DNA of 64,000 nt, taken from Oopsacas minuta. Taxonomy: Eukaryota > Animalia > Porifera. The DNA is taken from positions 1 to 64,000 of the forward strand of contig JAKMXF010000347.1 of NCBI GenBank assembly GCA_024704765.1. Direction: 5' to 3'. Position numbers and translations under genes: made by a program. The notes under the pieces are model-generated. The model did not search any database and was not told the origin of the DNA. It worked only from the letters and a program-made list of their open reading frames with translations. Below, piece by piece: positions 49,901 to 64,000 of the stretch; the stretch's first letter is position 1, and every line of letters begins with the position of its first letter.

Positions 49901-52900
49901 CTGATATAGAATTATATTGTCAAGATAATATCCTTTTTAACTCTAAAGAACTTCAAAAAGCTCTCGCTTTAGTCAAATACGATACTATTCTCCCTTATAC
50001 TATTGCTATATACTCGCTCAATGAAGCAAATGCTAAGAAAATGTGTAATTACTTTATCAACAATTCAAAGAATTTTCCACTTTCAGCTATCATGAGCGTT
50101 TTATTATTTCGTCTAATACATGCTACTAACTATTATGACAGAAAATTCGATAACTTAATTACAGAGGTTATGAATTCCTTTAACACAGTATACACCTCTA
50201 AATCTCACAATCTAGATGTTAATAACATTAATCGCCTCAATAAATTAACTCTTACCTTTGCATTGAAACTTCCAAAATATTATTTCAACACTGAAAAATT
50301 CGAATTATGTTTAAGTTTAATTTGTCAAGGTCTCACCTATTGTGATACTCATTTAAAGGATACTTCTCTTATTTCCCCAAAAGATCTTAGAGATTTATTC
50401 CATATCTTTGTAATAAAGTGGTATGGTGATAACGTTCCCAGGTCCAATGATCGTTATACTGATTTCTTACAAGAAGTTCAGTTTTGGGAAGATTTTATTT
50501 TCAAATACGCCTTTCCTCCATCTACTAAATGGTTTGATATTGTTGAAACGTTTTTGGTAAATAGGTACAGTGATCAGAAGATATCACAACAATACATAAT
50601 AGATCTATTTATTTATCTTCACGAGAAAGGGAAGTATTCTCCACTCTTACAAGAAATATTTTTGAAGGAACTTAGCAGAAGATTACAAATGGTCAAATCT
50701 ACAGATAAAGAATGGTTTATAAAACGATTATATAATAGTTTAGTTAACACTGGACAACTTGGTAAGGTTATTAATATCTTCAGTAAAATATTGTTAGACG
50801 AAGAAACTAATTTCAATAAGAGTCCAATCCAACATTTTGTTAGTTGGACCTCTTGGGACACTTTCTTTGCGCTTATAGATTTTGATGACATCGATCATAT
50901 CCTTACCAAAGAAGCTAGGGATTTTCTCGATAAAGCTTTGGTCGCATATTCCTCACTATTTCAAGATATCCACGATTTTTCTGTACAACTAGCTGACCTC
51001 AATCTCATAAACATAAATAGCGAACACTTTTCGAAACTCACAGAAGTTTTTCAACGGTCAAAAAGTAGATCTGAACACACAATTCAGGACATACATCAAG
51101 AACTTGAATCTTGTTTGACAATGTCTAAGTGGGTAATAGAGCAAAGAAAACTGCTTACACATTTTCACAATTTTATTGAGCGATTACATAACATAAACAT
51201 CGGAATAATTTCAGATTTTTTGGCTCAAAACTTCGAGGGAGAGCAAATCAAAGATATTTGTATAGCCAAAGATAATTCATTCATATTCGCCAATTCACCT
51301 GAAATAAATGATGTCATTATTTTCCCACAATTTGAAGATATTTGCAGAACGTCTATTTCTCTACAGAACTCTAAAATCGTGCTTAATGTTTTTCAAAAAC
51401 TCATTAATGATACAGGTGGCAAATTTCTGGCGCAATTCAGTATGGATATATTCTACCAAGAAATTTGGATTCCAGCTTTGGATATATCTACTAATATCCT
51501 AGCAAATCTATCTAGTGAAACAATCATCATCTCTGAAATGTGCAAATTCTTTGATTCTAGCAAAGATTTCGATACCATACTAAACGATTTATATCATCTC
51601 CATACTGGTTGTAAGCAATATCAGAATGATCTGAACGAATTCAATAAAGACATCTACATACCATGTGTAGGAAAAATAGTGCTATACTTCAATCTCCAGC
51701 AATACTCTGAAGCTGCAAACCTTATCTTCAAATTGAGAGATGTACTGTCTTTAGTAAGTAACTTTGACATAATCAAAGACATGACAAACATAAAATGCAC
51801 TTATGAAAACAAACAATTGAAAGAAGTAGACGATAAGGTAGGCATTATCGCAATTGACTTAGGAAAACTCTCAGCTTCCAATCTTAAAGTGATACAAACT
51901 ATTATTGATAGAATTGAGTTTATTAAGTGGACCAGGAAGAACATGAAAGATCTGAATGAACTGAAAACTTTCATTGATATATCCTTAACAACCTGTGGAG
52001 GAAATCCAGTGGATATAGACAGGATAACGTGTCTAAGTTCCGTATGTACTAACTTTGCTCCTCTCATATTTCAAGTTGATGAAAACACCAGCTACGAGAC
52101 TCTAATTGCTAGATGTAAACAAGTAATTGAGAGTGTAGAGAGGAACAAAGAGCTAACTGAGCTGCTCAGACAGGTGGGTGAGAATGTTACTTTTTGGGAA
52201 GAAATGAAACAATCTCATGGATCAGTTGAAGAGACAACACTAATGCAGTTAGATAGCATTATCAAATCTGGAGTGTTGTGTTTAAAGGTTGGAGATCATG
52301 GAGATTCACTCAAAGTCTCTGATGTAGTGAGTTTAAGTGTAGACAGAGAAAATGATGAGAAAAGAATTTACACTCTAGAACAGTTGAGAGAGTTTCGTAG
52401 CAAACTTATGCTAGTAGTTAGCAAATTTGAACAACCAGGACTCAATGCCCATACAGATAGTTATGAGAATTCCCAACTCTTTACTCATAAATTAGACACC
52501 ATTACTGAGATTGCAACTATTGTAATCAAATTAGCAGAAAGTGGTAATCAGAGTTACCTCAAGTATGAAATTTTCAATGATGTTGTCGATGTTGAAGATG
52601 ATTTAAATGAAACTAAATTAAAACTTAAGTCCACACTTGATAGTTGGAGAACCAAAGTTGAAGAAGCAAGGAATGCCTATTATTTCCTGAATTACTATAC
52701 AATATCCCAAATAGTTTCTCTACAAAATGGAACCAGATCTTTCATTGAGGATGGTGGGGAGATGGAGCTAGAACAGCTCTACCATCTACTTCGCTTGTTG
52801 AACCACGAAGTGACGAAAGAGGCTATACAAGAAGCTTTGGAAATAGCTGACATTTGTCCTAAACACAAACTAAACACCAGAGTAACTTCAAAGACAGCAA

Positions 52901-55900
52901 GAGATTTTTCCAAGCAATCACTATCTTCAGCAATTTCCACTCAATATTCTCACATCGGCCCAGCAAAACTAAGGACTATTCCTCATCCAATTTCAGTTTT
53001 TAATCCAAGTGAAGCAGAAGTTGATGATTTTCCCGAACATCTTTCCAAGATGGAAACAGAGCTTGCTACGGAGGTAAGCGTTTCTGGTGGTCTGCTGTTG
53101 AAACTGGCTATAGATGGTATCATGGAGATGAAGAAAGACAAACATTCTGTTCTTTCAGAAAAGTCATTATTAGATTGGTGTATGGAACACGAATTAGATA
53201 GCGATACAAAATCAATTGATGGTGAACCACTGTTAGATTCCGATGCCGAATCTCTCCCAATCTCAATCTCTCATACAGAATCAAATGCTGTCGCAACTTC
53301 TCATACAGAATCAACATTTATTGATTTTTATCAATTGAGTAGATTTCTTGAAGAAATATTTCAGTCTTGCGGAGCTAAGATGAAGGCAGAGAGACAGTTA
53401 CCATATAACATGAAGTCAGGAACTCCTAATCTAGTTGTCATTCCCTCAGAAGGAATATTCGAATTCGTTATCTCTCTTTATCTGAGTGATAATGATAAGT
53501 TGCCCTTGCCCTATTTTCATGAAATACTAATTTGTACACCTCAGACCAAACTTGAAGAGATTGAAATATTTTGGAGACGAGCTTTGATGATTCCTGCTAA
53601 ACTGAATATGTATCTATTCTGTATTCTAGGAGTAGAGAATTTACATTACGATGTAGCCGTTTCAGCTGTTTCTAGGCTGAAATTTCACCAACAACAACAG
53701 CGCATGAAGGGAACAGATAGCATCCATGATTACAAATTAGTAATAGTTTGTTCCGAAGAAAAAGAAGAATTCTCTTACATGGCGGCAGCTTTTGAGGATT
53801 GTAAAATACCAATCCTTACCCGTAGCAAGTCAGAAGACGTAAAACGATACATTCATCAGAGACTGTCTCCTGTACTCCGACGTGATATTCATCAAAGCAG
53901 AGAATCTGCTTGGGAAGTAGACAAAGAAAGGTCTAGAGTTAGACTCGTAGTGTCAGATAGTGTGGGTGCAGGTAAGTCCCTCTTTATTCAGAAATTATAT
54001 TTAGACATGTTAAGTCAGAGAGTAGTCCATGAAGATGAGATAAAACAAGCAACAATCACTGTAGCTATTCACGGGAAGCAAGCTTCGGAGGAACATCTAG
54101 CTGAACAACTACTGATTAGGAACATTTGTGGAGTGGCGCATGGAGTAATGTTCCATGTAGATATTGCTTCTACCGTTCAGTGGGGCCTAGAACCAATACT
54201 CTTTAAGTTACTTGTATTAGGTGGTATCAGCAAGAGTACAGGTGAGTTCTGGCACTGTAGACACAAAGATTACTATGTTGTCGAAATAACATTAACCTCT
54301 GATCAGAATGCTTTAGCGAAATTTTCTCAACTTTTTCCAAATGTAAAGTGTGTTCAGCCTTCTGATGCACTTGGAATCACTGCTAATATTGGAACACAGA
54401 CCATTGATTTAGATGAATTAAGAAGTGAACAATATCAGAGAGTTAATGCATATCTGAAGCGTCTTGAAACAGGTCTGAACTTAGATACTTTTGTGTTTCA
54501 ACCATCAGAAACATATGATAGAGTTGGTCACATTGACTGCTTGAATAGATCCTTAAAGTATTGTGGGATAGCCCAACCTTCTTGGTCTGAGGTACGAAAT
54601 TTCACTAGTTTTCTTAATAAACAACTCACAGATTGTGACAATTCTGATTATTGTCAATCTGGAGTAATGGGGAAAGAATGGAAAGGTTTCAAATCATTTA
54701 TTGTAAGATTCATGCTTCACATGTCTAGGGATTTTGCAACACCTTCTCTCGTGTCATATTCCGAAATAGACCCTAAAGATTTGAGCAAGTTTGAGATACA
54801 GAATAAGCGCAGGTGGGAGAATAATTCACATCCATATATATTCTTTAACCCGGATGGACATACTTTGACTTTTCTTGGGTTTCACATTTCAAAACAAGGA
54901 CATTTACTTGATTCAGATAACCCATCAATCGTAATTGAAAATAACATAATGCATCGAAATCTTTTCCAAATCCTAACTGACAACGGAGTTATGCTTCAAG
55001 AGAATTATCATAAACTAGATAAAATGCAAAAGATTTTGAAACTAGGTGGTGTTATGAATATAAGCTGGTTAGCAGATCCAGATCCTGGATATGTTTTGAC
55101 TCTCGACAATACGAGAAAGATTCTAGCCATCCTGATGCGATTCCGTTGCAACATACCAGTAGTGATTATGGGAGAGACAGGCTGTGGAAAGACACGTCTC
55201 ATTCAGTTCATGTGTTCGCTACAAGCTCTACAGACAGGAGCTACTAACATGTTAATACTGAAAGTACATGGTGGTACTACTGAGAAAGATGTAATGACTA
55301 AAGTTGAAGAAGCTGAGGTGCTAGCTATGAAGAATTTCCGTGAGCACGATATTGATACAGTATTGTTTTTTGATGAAGCTAACACTAGTCCAGCCATTGG
55401 TCTAATCAAAGAGATTATGTGTGACAGGAGAATGTACGGTAGACATATTCGTAGCGACATTAGACTACAGTTCATTGCAGCTTGTAATCCTTATCGTAGA
55501 CACACAAAGGAGATGTTGAACAAGCTGAGTACTGCTGGTCTTGGATTCTTCACCAAGGCAAGTGAGGCCACGGATAGACTGGGAGATATTCCCCTACGTG
55601 AGTTAGTATACAGGGTTATGGAGCTTCCTGCTAGTCTGCGTCCATTGGTGTGGGATTTCGGTCAACTTAGTAACCACATAGAGAAGACTTATACACGTGA
55701 GATTGTAGCAAAACACCTCCGAGATCACAACAGTCCAATACAAACACGTGGTGATACAGTAGATGTGATCAGTAATATACTTGCTGGTGCACAGTGCTAC
55801 ATGAGAGAGAGGAAGGATGAGTGCAGCTTTGTGAGTTTGCGAGATATAGAGAGAGCTATGCGAGTCATGCTTTGGTTTTTTGATGTACTTGATTATTTTC

Positions 55901-58900
55901 AACCTGATGGTACAATGTCTGAATACGAATACCAAGGGAATGCTAATTCTGACGATAATAGTAGTGATTCTGAAGTTTCTCTTCAACTTGATTCACATGA
56001 AGATGACTTTCAGAATCTTATTCACATCCATGATATCCTACCTGTTCCTATGATAGTGACAAAAAGTAATCTACAGATGAAGTCAATCAATCAGATTGAC
56101 TACATAACATACAGCCTTATTCTGTCATTAGCTGTTTGCTACAGAGCCAAACTTCAAGAAAGAGAAGAATTTGATATTCAAATTGTAGGGCTTTTTCAGC
56201 ATCCTCTTACGCCAATCAATGATCACTTGATTATACATGAAGAGGTTGACAGATGTCAAAAGCTGATACTAAATGAGATGACTGTAGGAGCTAATATCGC
56301 TAAGAATAATGCTCTAAAAGAGAATGTATTTATGATGTTTGTGTGTATTGAACTTAAGATTCCACTTTTCGTCATTGGTAAGCCAGGTAGCTCCAAATCT
56401 CTTGCAAAATCTATCATTTCCAATTCAATGCAAGGTAGGCGGTGTCCAGACGGAAGTATTCTACAGAACTTCAAACAAATCCAGATTATGTCATATCAGT
56501 GCAGTCAGCTGTCTACTGCAGAGGGAATAATTGGAGTGTTCAAGAGTTGTAAGAACTTGCAACGCAAGACAGGAAGTAACAAGTTTGCCGCATGTGTTGT
56601 CCTGGATGAAGTAGGTTTAGCAGAAGATTCACCACTTCTTCCTCTTAAAGTACTTCATCCTCTCCTTGAAGATAACGATTATGGGTCTGTAGAAATAGAA
56701 AAAATGCCTGAACCAGACGAGCTTATGACAAAAGAAATCCATATCCCAGTGTGTGAGGAAGAAAAGCTGAGGAATATCGAGTTTGATGACATGAAGGATC
56801 GTGTAGCATTTATAGGTATTTCTAACTGGTCTCTTGATCCGGCTAAGATGAATAGAGGAATTATGGTAGCAAGAGGAGATCCTGATGTAGAAGAATTAAA
56901 TGCCAGTGCTAGAGGAATATGTGAATCTAAGAATAACAAAGAATCAATACACAACAATATTGACAAGAAAATCCCTGAACTTGCTAAAGCTTACCACCAT
57001 CTTACTACTGGTGCTGTCAGTACTATAGATGGTAAGAGACGAGATTATTACGGATTGAGAGACTTTTACAGTCTAATAAAAATGCTCGTGTTTATCTGTA
57101 ATGAAACTGACTCTCATTTAAATCGGGCAATATTGGAGCATGCGGTCAAACGAAACTTTGGAGGAGTTTCAGATGTAAACCCAGTTACTGTATTTGATGA
57201 TAAAGTGAAATTACCAAGAGATGATAAAAAAGGTCCAGATTCTTCTCCACTTGGGTTGATCAGAGCAAACCTGACTAATCTTTCTCGCTCTTACCACGGT
57301 GAAACTCGTTACTTACTACTACTCACTGAGAACTATGCTGCTCTTAACATCTTGTTACGTTCACCAGACATGTGGCCGAAACAGCAAGACATTAGAAATA
57401 TCCGTGTCATATTTGGATCTAGCTTTCCATGTGACCAGGAGTACTCTGCAGTTTGTCTTAACATCAATAGGATAAAGGTGTGCATGGAATCTGGTAAAAC
57501 TATTATTTTGTTGAATCTTGAGAACCTCTATGAATCTCTGTATGATGCTCTGAATCAGTACTACATGGAATTGAATAATCAAAGATATGTAGATCTGGGA
57601 TTAGGTACCCATCGAATGAAGTGTCGTGTTCACAACGAATTCAAACTAATTGTAGTTGCAGACACAAAGACTGTACAGGAGAGATTCCCTACTCCTCTAA
57701 TCAATAGACTTGAGAAACATTTCCTAACAATGTCTACGGTTCTGTGTGAAACCGGTGTATTTATATCAAGCGATTTGACTGAATGGGCTAGGAAATTTTC
57801 TGCCCTCGATAAGGATCATTCCATTGGATTTCAAAGGAGTGTGGGAGACTGTTTTATTGGTTATCATAATGACACTCCTTCTTCTATTGTATTTCACGTG
57901 ATGAAAGAGATGTATCAAGATGATACAACCTTTGATTCAGATATTGATAGGAATGCAGTATTCGAAAGAAGTCAAACTTTATTATTAAGGATGGCTACTA
58001 CAGATGCTGTAATACGTGTAAAGAACAGTTCCTTAGTTTATCAGTCTAGCCAGATTATTACAGCATATTTCAAGTTACATTTAAGTAGTCTTGAAGAATA
58101 CCTAAGGCATGTATTAGCTAGTATTTCTATAGATATAACAGGAGCACATCTTACACTCGCTACAACTCATTCAAGACTCCTGACAGAGAGAGATGTAGAT
58201 CAGTTGAAACTACGTCTCTCCACAGATTCAGATACAGATACAATTGAAATAACTAGTCTCTCTCTACAACAGTTCCAGACAGAGCAGCAATACTCCCGTG
58301 AGATTCAGAAGTTCTTGAGAGGGGAAACAGAGATTGAAACAAAGGAAGGTATACACAAAAAGATATTGCTTGTTCAGTGTGAGAGAGGGGCAGACAATGC
58401 TAAACTGATTGCTTGTGCTCGTCATAAGGCAGTAGATGAATTGAAGGATTGGAGAGAAGAGAAGGGAGAATATAAGTTTGAAGTGTTTTTGGTATTCTTG
58501 ATTCAGCTGAGTAGGGAAGCACATGGGAGTAAGTTTATCAGTTTTTGTGGAGGAGACTGGAACATAGTACACATTGATGATATCCGTTCTCTCGACTATA
58601 CAGAGCTACCTCCTATCTCTGATCTGATTGAGAAGCAGATTTATCAACTGTTTGAGGGATATGAAACGGTTAGTTTACCCTATATTATTAAATCTCAATT
58701 GTTGTCTGTTACACTGTTTGTCCGTTGTCAAGGAAAGGATTTACGGTATGCAATGTATATATCGTGTTTATCAAGGGAGTAAATAGAATTCAATAAAACT
58801 TCACAAAATATATCGAACATGCTGAATCCGATTTCCCACTTTTGGATTAATCATGTGTTGTTTGTATTAATATAAGTAAACCAATTAGCCAAATTTCTAA

Positions 58901-61900
58901 ATATACATACAGGCTTGCTCTAAACGGCTACCCAGGGGTAACTACGTACGCTGAACCAGAATTTCGCATTTTAAGTTTCTGATATGTAAATTTATTGTTG
59001 TTTTTATGAATATAAAGTAAACAAATTGTTAAAAATTAATTTATTAATTCTATTTTGCTGCTCGTGTATATGAATTTCTTATTCGCTTGCTGAGTCGGAA
59101 TAAATGTAACCAAATGATGACATAATCAGTGAATGGTTTCATTTATAGAAATTGATATACATAGTTATTTGATTCAGCAATCAAACCTTAATTAACTTTA
59201 TCATTATTTATGGTTGCTGAAGTAAAATATGTAGGAATGTCTCTAATATTCGATCAACAAATGATGCAAATCCACTCATTGCTCACATCATCCTATCAAC
59301 ACATTCCTTTTTGCCACGGGTCACATTCATCGCACAGAATCCATTCCATTTTAGTCCATCACACTCCTATCCCGACCAGCAGAAAATAGCCCTAACTGAT
59401 ACCCAGGAACATACGAGGGTGATTGATATGTTATAGGCCTGATATAGAAGCACTTATGTGTTTCTATGTTAGGCCAAGAATCTATCAAAAGGACAACCAA
59501 ACAGCTACTTAGGTAGCTTGTTAGTTGATGCTGTAGAGAGTGTATGTTTGTTGATTGGCCGGAATCCGCAAATGGTGAAGTACATACCTTTCGTTTTCGT
59601 AGCCCTGCAAAACCCTAAATATAATTTATTACAGCTAGGGTGGATTCCATTGTATCAAGTCATAATTAGAAGTTAAGTTTTAGCGAAAAAGGTATTGACT
59701 TAGATAATAATTGTGATGAGGAATGTTCTCTCCATTAGCGATTGCGTTTTGTATCTGTCGCTTTGTTTAGTCCACTATAATAGGGGGTTAAAGGGGCCGT
59801 CAATTTGGAGAATAATGGATACCACGAGGCGCAATGCGTCGAGTTCTTCACGAAGCGACGAGCCAAAGGCTCGTATAGTATAAAACTACCTAAGTGGATA
59901 TTCCATTTCTTGGTGCAGGCTAAATCCATCATATATGATGCAACTTGTTTCATGCAACAAGGCATACACTGGACTACGCAACAATGCTGCATGAGGAATA
60001 AATTTTTCATGCAGCATAGGTGTATGCAACTCTCAACATACATAATGCAGCTTGGTTGTACACAACTATTTTCCCATCAAGTTTCCCGAACAAATTTGTA
60101 TCAATTTTGTTGCATCTTGTATGATTGGCTTTAAAACTATGTATTCCTTCAATAGGGATTAGAAACATCTCATTCTATGTCTCAGAAAAAGAAATTGAGT
60201 GCCTGCATTCAATCTGCAGCTTCGAAGTTAGACGATAATGATGGAAGTGAAGATCGTATCTTTGATCGAATACGAGATTTCGCCCTCCTTTTGACAGATG
60301 ACAAATATTATGGTAAGATTGGAATGATTCTATTTACGTATACTTTATTTTGTCTACTACCTACCATATTTTTATTATTATTATTATTATTATTATTCTG
60401 TTCTTAGTTAATGACTTCATCAAAACATTATCTCAAAGATTGACTAATCTGTTGAGAGAACAGGCTAATTCTTCAATTGATACTAATACAGACTGGTTAC
60501 TACAGACAGCTAATTGTGGAGAAGACATACGATCATCTGGGACATTCCGTAAAGCTGTAAATCTCCATATTAACAGTACTATTACTCCTCTAATAGCAGA
60601 GCTGATTGCTTGTATAGATAGAAATGGAAATCTAGAGCTAGCTCTCTATAATGAAGAAGTACCAGAATGTATGTTCAATCTCTGGCATGATATATTCAGA
60701 GATGAGCGTCTGCTTGTGTTACAATACAAAGACACAATCTCTCCAAACACACTATTACCTAGAAGGAGAGTTCCTGTATTAAGTGATGGAGCTGGTGGAG
60801 AGTACTTTAAAGCTCATTTTCCTTTCTCTTGGTTGATTAATCAGTTTACGTCCCAAATGTTATCAAAAACTAGGAAACTAGCAGGTAAGACTTTTGACTT
60901 ATGGCAAGAACTTGGCTTAACCCATGAACTTGGTCATAAACTTTTAGTTTTGGTAAATCATGGTATGGAATTTTCAGTTCTGTGTTATTTCTATGACATG
61001 AACGGTTAAACATGGCTTGAACCTATTAAGTTTGTGTCATGAACATGGCATGAACTTTGTGGACACATAATCTGGCAACACTGAATGTTGTATACAACAA
61101 ATTTGCCCTCAAAATTGCATGTACAAAGTTACATCATATATGGTGGACTTTACGAGAAAATGCTTCATACCGTAGTCTGGGGCTACTTTAGCCCAAATAT
61201 CAAAGTTTCAAAGCAACTAGATTAGATTCAGTATTATACTTGAGTATGACTTGCCAAATTTTTAACGAATTTTCAAATATCGGTGGACAATTTCGAATAC
61301 AAATACAATATCTATTCGATACGTAAGGAAATTTCAATATTTGGGCTAAAGCAAACCCAGTGGGCCAAAGTAGCCCCAGTTTACGGTATATTTTTCAGAA
61401 AGACATGTGTTATCTGTGTATTTATTGTGTAGATGGTAGTGGTGGTTGTCTATGGCAGCATTTCGAGGCTACTTTTTATAAAACTCCTTTGGGCGAGAAA
61501 ATTCTTCACAATTTGATGACTAATGAAACTGATCCTCAATTTGTTCTTTTCTATTTGAGAGATTTTATTTATATGAAAATATTTCCACTAAATCAAGATC
61601 AGTATGAGGTATATTAGAATAACCTGACTCACTCATTCATATATTGCAGCGGTTCCCAACTAACCTGGGGTCCTTGGAGCCTTGGTGATCCACGGACGAC
61701 AGCAGGGGTCCACAGGATCTATTGCAGTCTATGGGAGGCGGTTCACAGAATGTGTTAAAATTAGTATAGGGGGTCCACTGGTGAAAATGGTTTGGACCGG
61801 CTGTATTAAAGAGTAATACTTATGTTCTTATTTTATAGATATACGAATATGTCCTGTTATATTATATTCAAAATATCTCTTCACAAATTAAAAGTGAAGA

Positions 61901-63684
61901 AGGAGAAACAGTTTCTAGCAAAGACAAACCTTCTATTCCAAGCATACACTGTGCTTACGAAGACTCTAAGCAGTTATTAGAATTCTTACAGAAAGCATTT
62001 GCTTTGGAAAAAGTTTTAGAAAAGAAATTTATTAAAGTGATTTCAGAAATGGAGAAGAATGTCGATAAGAGATTGAAATATTTAGAACTAGTTTTATTAG
62101 AAGAGATAATCACATTATGTTCCCATAAGAAGGAAAGAACAGCTGGAGAGGAATTAGCTGAGAAATATGTGTGTGAGATTAAGCAGTGGCAACCTTTAAT
62201 GGAGAGAGGATTGAGTATTAATCCAACTGATGAATTCGGTGATGAGCTCCAATTGACTATAAGGTAGTTGTATACATAATTAACCAGATTAGATGAATCT
62301 GTATACATTTTATGTCTGTCTATTATTCCATGTATTAGGAGCGGAGCAAACTAAACACTATTACTTTAAGTTTAGCAATAAGCACGTTTTGTTGAATTTA
62401 TTTTCGAACCTTTTGGTCTCAAAAATAGACATTCCTCGAAACACAATATACATATCATCAAGATGAAATCTTCGAACGGTCTAATTGGTTCCACGCCGAG
62501 GGCGAATTAACAATATTAGCCATATTTCTCATCTTTTCTTTACAAAACCTGCATCTTATTGTTGGCAATCTGAACGCTAAACATAAACAATTTGGTTATG
62601 TGCTCACCTCAGAGTGCCAACAATTGATTATTCTATTCTTTAGAAATAAATGGAATCGCATCCTGGCAGTTCAATTATTCATTTCTCACTGTACTCTCAA
62701 AGTTGGATTCAATGTAACAGAATCTAGTATTAACAGATTATTTATGGTACTGTCATATAGCTGTAATAGATTTTTGAGGATACATTATTGTTCGATAATT
62801 ATTTCTGTAATCTTTACTAGATCCTTGAAGAATGTCCAGATTTCACTTCAGCAAAAGTCATTAACAGTGTAATTAAGATTTTATCAAATTGTTTGAAGAA
62901 AATGAGCAAAGCAATAGGGTAAGAATATTTGGATTATTATTCTATTCTCTGTTTACAAAATAATATTGAAATATCTTCACAACAGAGCTCCTGCACTCAA
63001 CAGACAAAGGTTCAAAGAGCAAGCCACTAGATTCTTCATTTGTATTCTAACCGATCTAACATTCAAATATTTAAAGATTGGAGATAGAAATGAAGATCTG
63101 ATATGTCTGTTAATGGGGTTTGTGACTTTAGACGAGGAGAGTATCAGTCAACTGGTTTCTGACCAAGAAAATATGAATATTTTTAAAAAAGATGGACTTG
63201 ATCCTTCTCCAGCTTTCAGAACTTTATTATTACAGCTATTAATCAGACATAGGTACGTATATACATTTCCTATATTGCAACTAGTGTTATACTTATTTGA
63301 AACTCAAAAATTGCACTAGTACCTATATAGAATGAATTATATAGGCGCAATGAGAGTCATTTTGATTGTGCACCGCGCCGTCGGCTCACCTTGATATTCG
63401 TGCGCCCACCCAGATTCTGCTCCACCATGATTAAAAAGTATATGGCGGGTGGACACGAGGTTATCTCCGCCCACCCTGACTCGGGAGCCTAGTTGTGCCA
63501 CTGACTTAAATTGCTCACTCGAAAATGTATATTTCTGTTCTCTGATTTATAACACTATTTTACTATCTTTAGGCCAGATGTATTTAGAGAAAATATTTCT
63601 GCATATTTGAGGAATACTGTATATAAATATCAGAATCATTTGATGCAGAAAGACTTGTATCTATTGATAGTTCAATCTATTGAG
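46915..63684 (+). CDS. RNF213: RNF213/mysterin-like giant AAA+ ATPase/E3 ligase, 3' partial; exons 46915-58668, 60156-60312, 60408-60884, 61433-61608, 61839-62263, 62644-62746, 62821-62918, 62986-63252, 63573-63684, continuing beyond the window
   Basis: Motifs include SDSVGAGKSLFI, HVDIA, WSEVRNF, GETGCGKTRL, FFDEANT, ACNPYR, LVYRV..LP, VSLRDIER, GKPGSSKSLAK, LDEVGLAE, ISNWSLDPAKMNRG, FGSSFPCDQEY, LYDALNQYY..YVDLGLGTHRMKCRVH and FPTPLINRLEKH. All eight downstream introns are GT-AG and in phase. Confidence 0.93.
47281..48587 (+). repeat. Coding tandem repeat array of 45-bp (15-aa) and 78-bp (26-aa) units inside the RNF213 N-terminus
   Basis: 13 x GGTDASKPI(Q/L/P)QSDNQ and 8 x G(R/K)ASDIENAHTSETGASK(L/P)IQQSDNQ plus partial ends, with 168-bp and 123-bp higher-order periods. 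Confidence 0.97.
58679..59880 (+). mobile_element. Non-autonomous Helitron-like copy (interrupted) in the first RNF213 intron
   Basis: The 5' part matches 10635-10900. The 3' part (ggggccgtcaatttggagaataa...gcgaagcgacgagccaaaggctcgt) matches 11002-11083. Confidence 0.6.
61170..61386. mobile_element. Tc1/mariner-type MITE in an RNF213 intron
   Basis: Ends are ta|ccgtagtctggggctacttt and aaagtagccccagtttacgg|ta. A partial relative lies at about 4843-4900. Confidence 0.7.
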
Positions 63685-64000
63685 GTATCTTGAATTACTT
63701 ACATGTATATCTTCATTTGGAGAATTATCAATTCTACTCTCTTCTAAATAATAGCGCGCTTAGCTTGTTTGCGCTGCGTGGCTTGTGAACACTTGTATTT
63801 CTATGGAACTCGGCACTTTGTGCCTCCAATATTTATTAACAACAAATATTTAAATATCCACCTGCGCTTGCTAGGTCGCTGCAAGAAGGAATATACACAG
63901 TATTTTTTGGAAATTATAATTTTATTATCCATGATCCATCCGAATTCCATTTGATGGCATTTTGTGGTAATCCTGGAGCTGCTACGTGACTTTAGGTTAG

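Noticed and set aside
58669-58782. C-terminal 37 aa of the 3958-aa ORF as the true protein end
   Set aside because: Read-through past the donor at 58669 into an intronic repeat; the gene continues in downstream exons.
59735-60134. Overlapping ~100-aa ORFs in the RNF213 intron
   Set aside because: Derived from a repeat end and low-complexity atgca-rich sequence.

Overview
AT-rich eukaryotic (metazoan) genomic DNA with GT-AG introns and many transposon remnants. The intron-poor style suggests an early-branching invertebrate such as a sponge, but that is inference only. Left half: a DNA polymerase nu (POLN)-like gene (8 exons visible, <1-23815, +). Its 15.3-kb fourth intron holds three intronless nested genes: an MFS sugar transporter, a secreted 241-aa protein with a toxin/nuclease-like motif, and a FER/FES F-BAR-SH2 tyrosine kinase. 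Next is a transposon-dense zone: Helitron relic, internally deleted P/THAP9-type transposase joined to one arm of a foldback element, KDZ/Zisupton-type relic, and a small 3-exon coiled-coil gene. An intact plant-type F-box-PP2 lectin ORF sits inside this zone. At 36.9 kb a (TAG)n run, a Nextera adapter and an N mark a probable assembly junction. Right half: PRPSAP, UTP3/SAS10, an NDUFB3-like ORF between ~230-bp inverted repeats, and a giant RNF213/mysterin-like gene (46915 to >63684). That gene has an 11.75-kb first coding exon, a higher-order tandem peptide repeat and apparently no RING finger. No rRNA, tRNA or CRISPR array was recognised. All family assignments come from motif recognition by eye; no searches were run.
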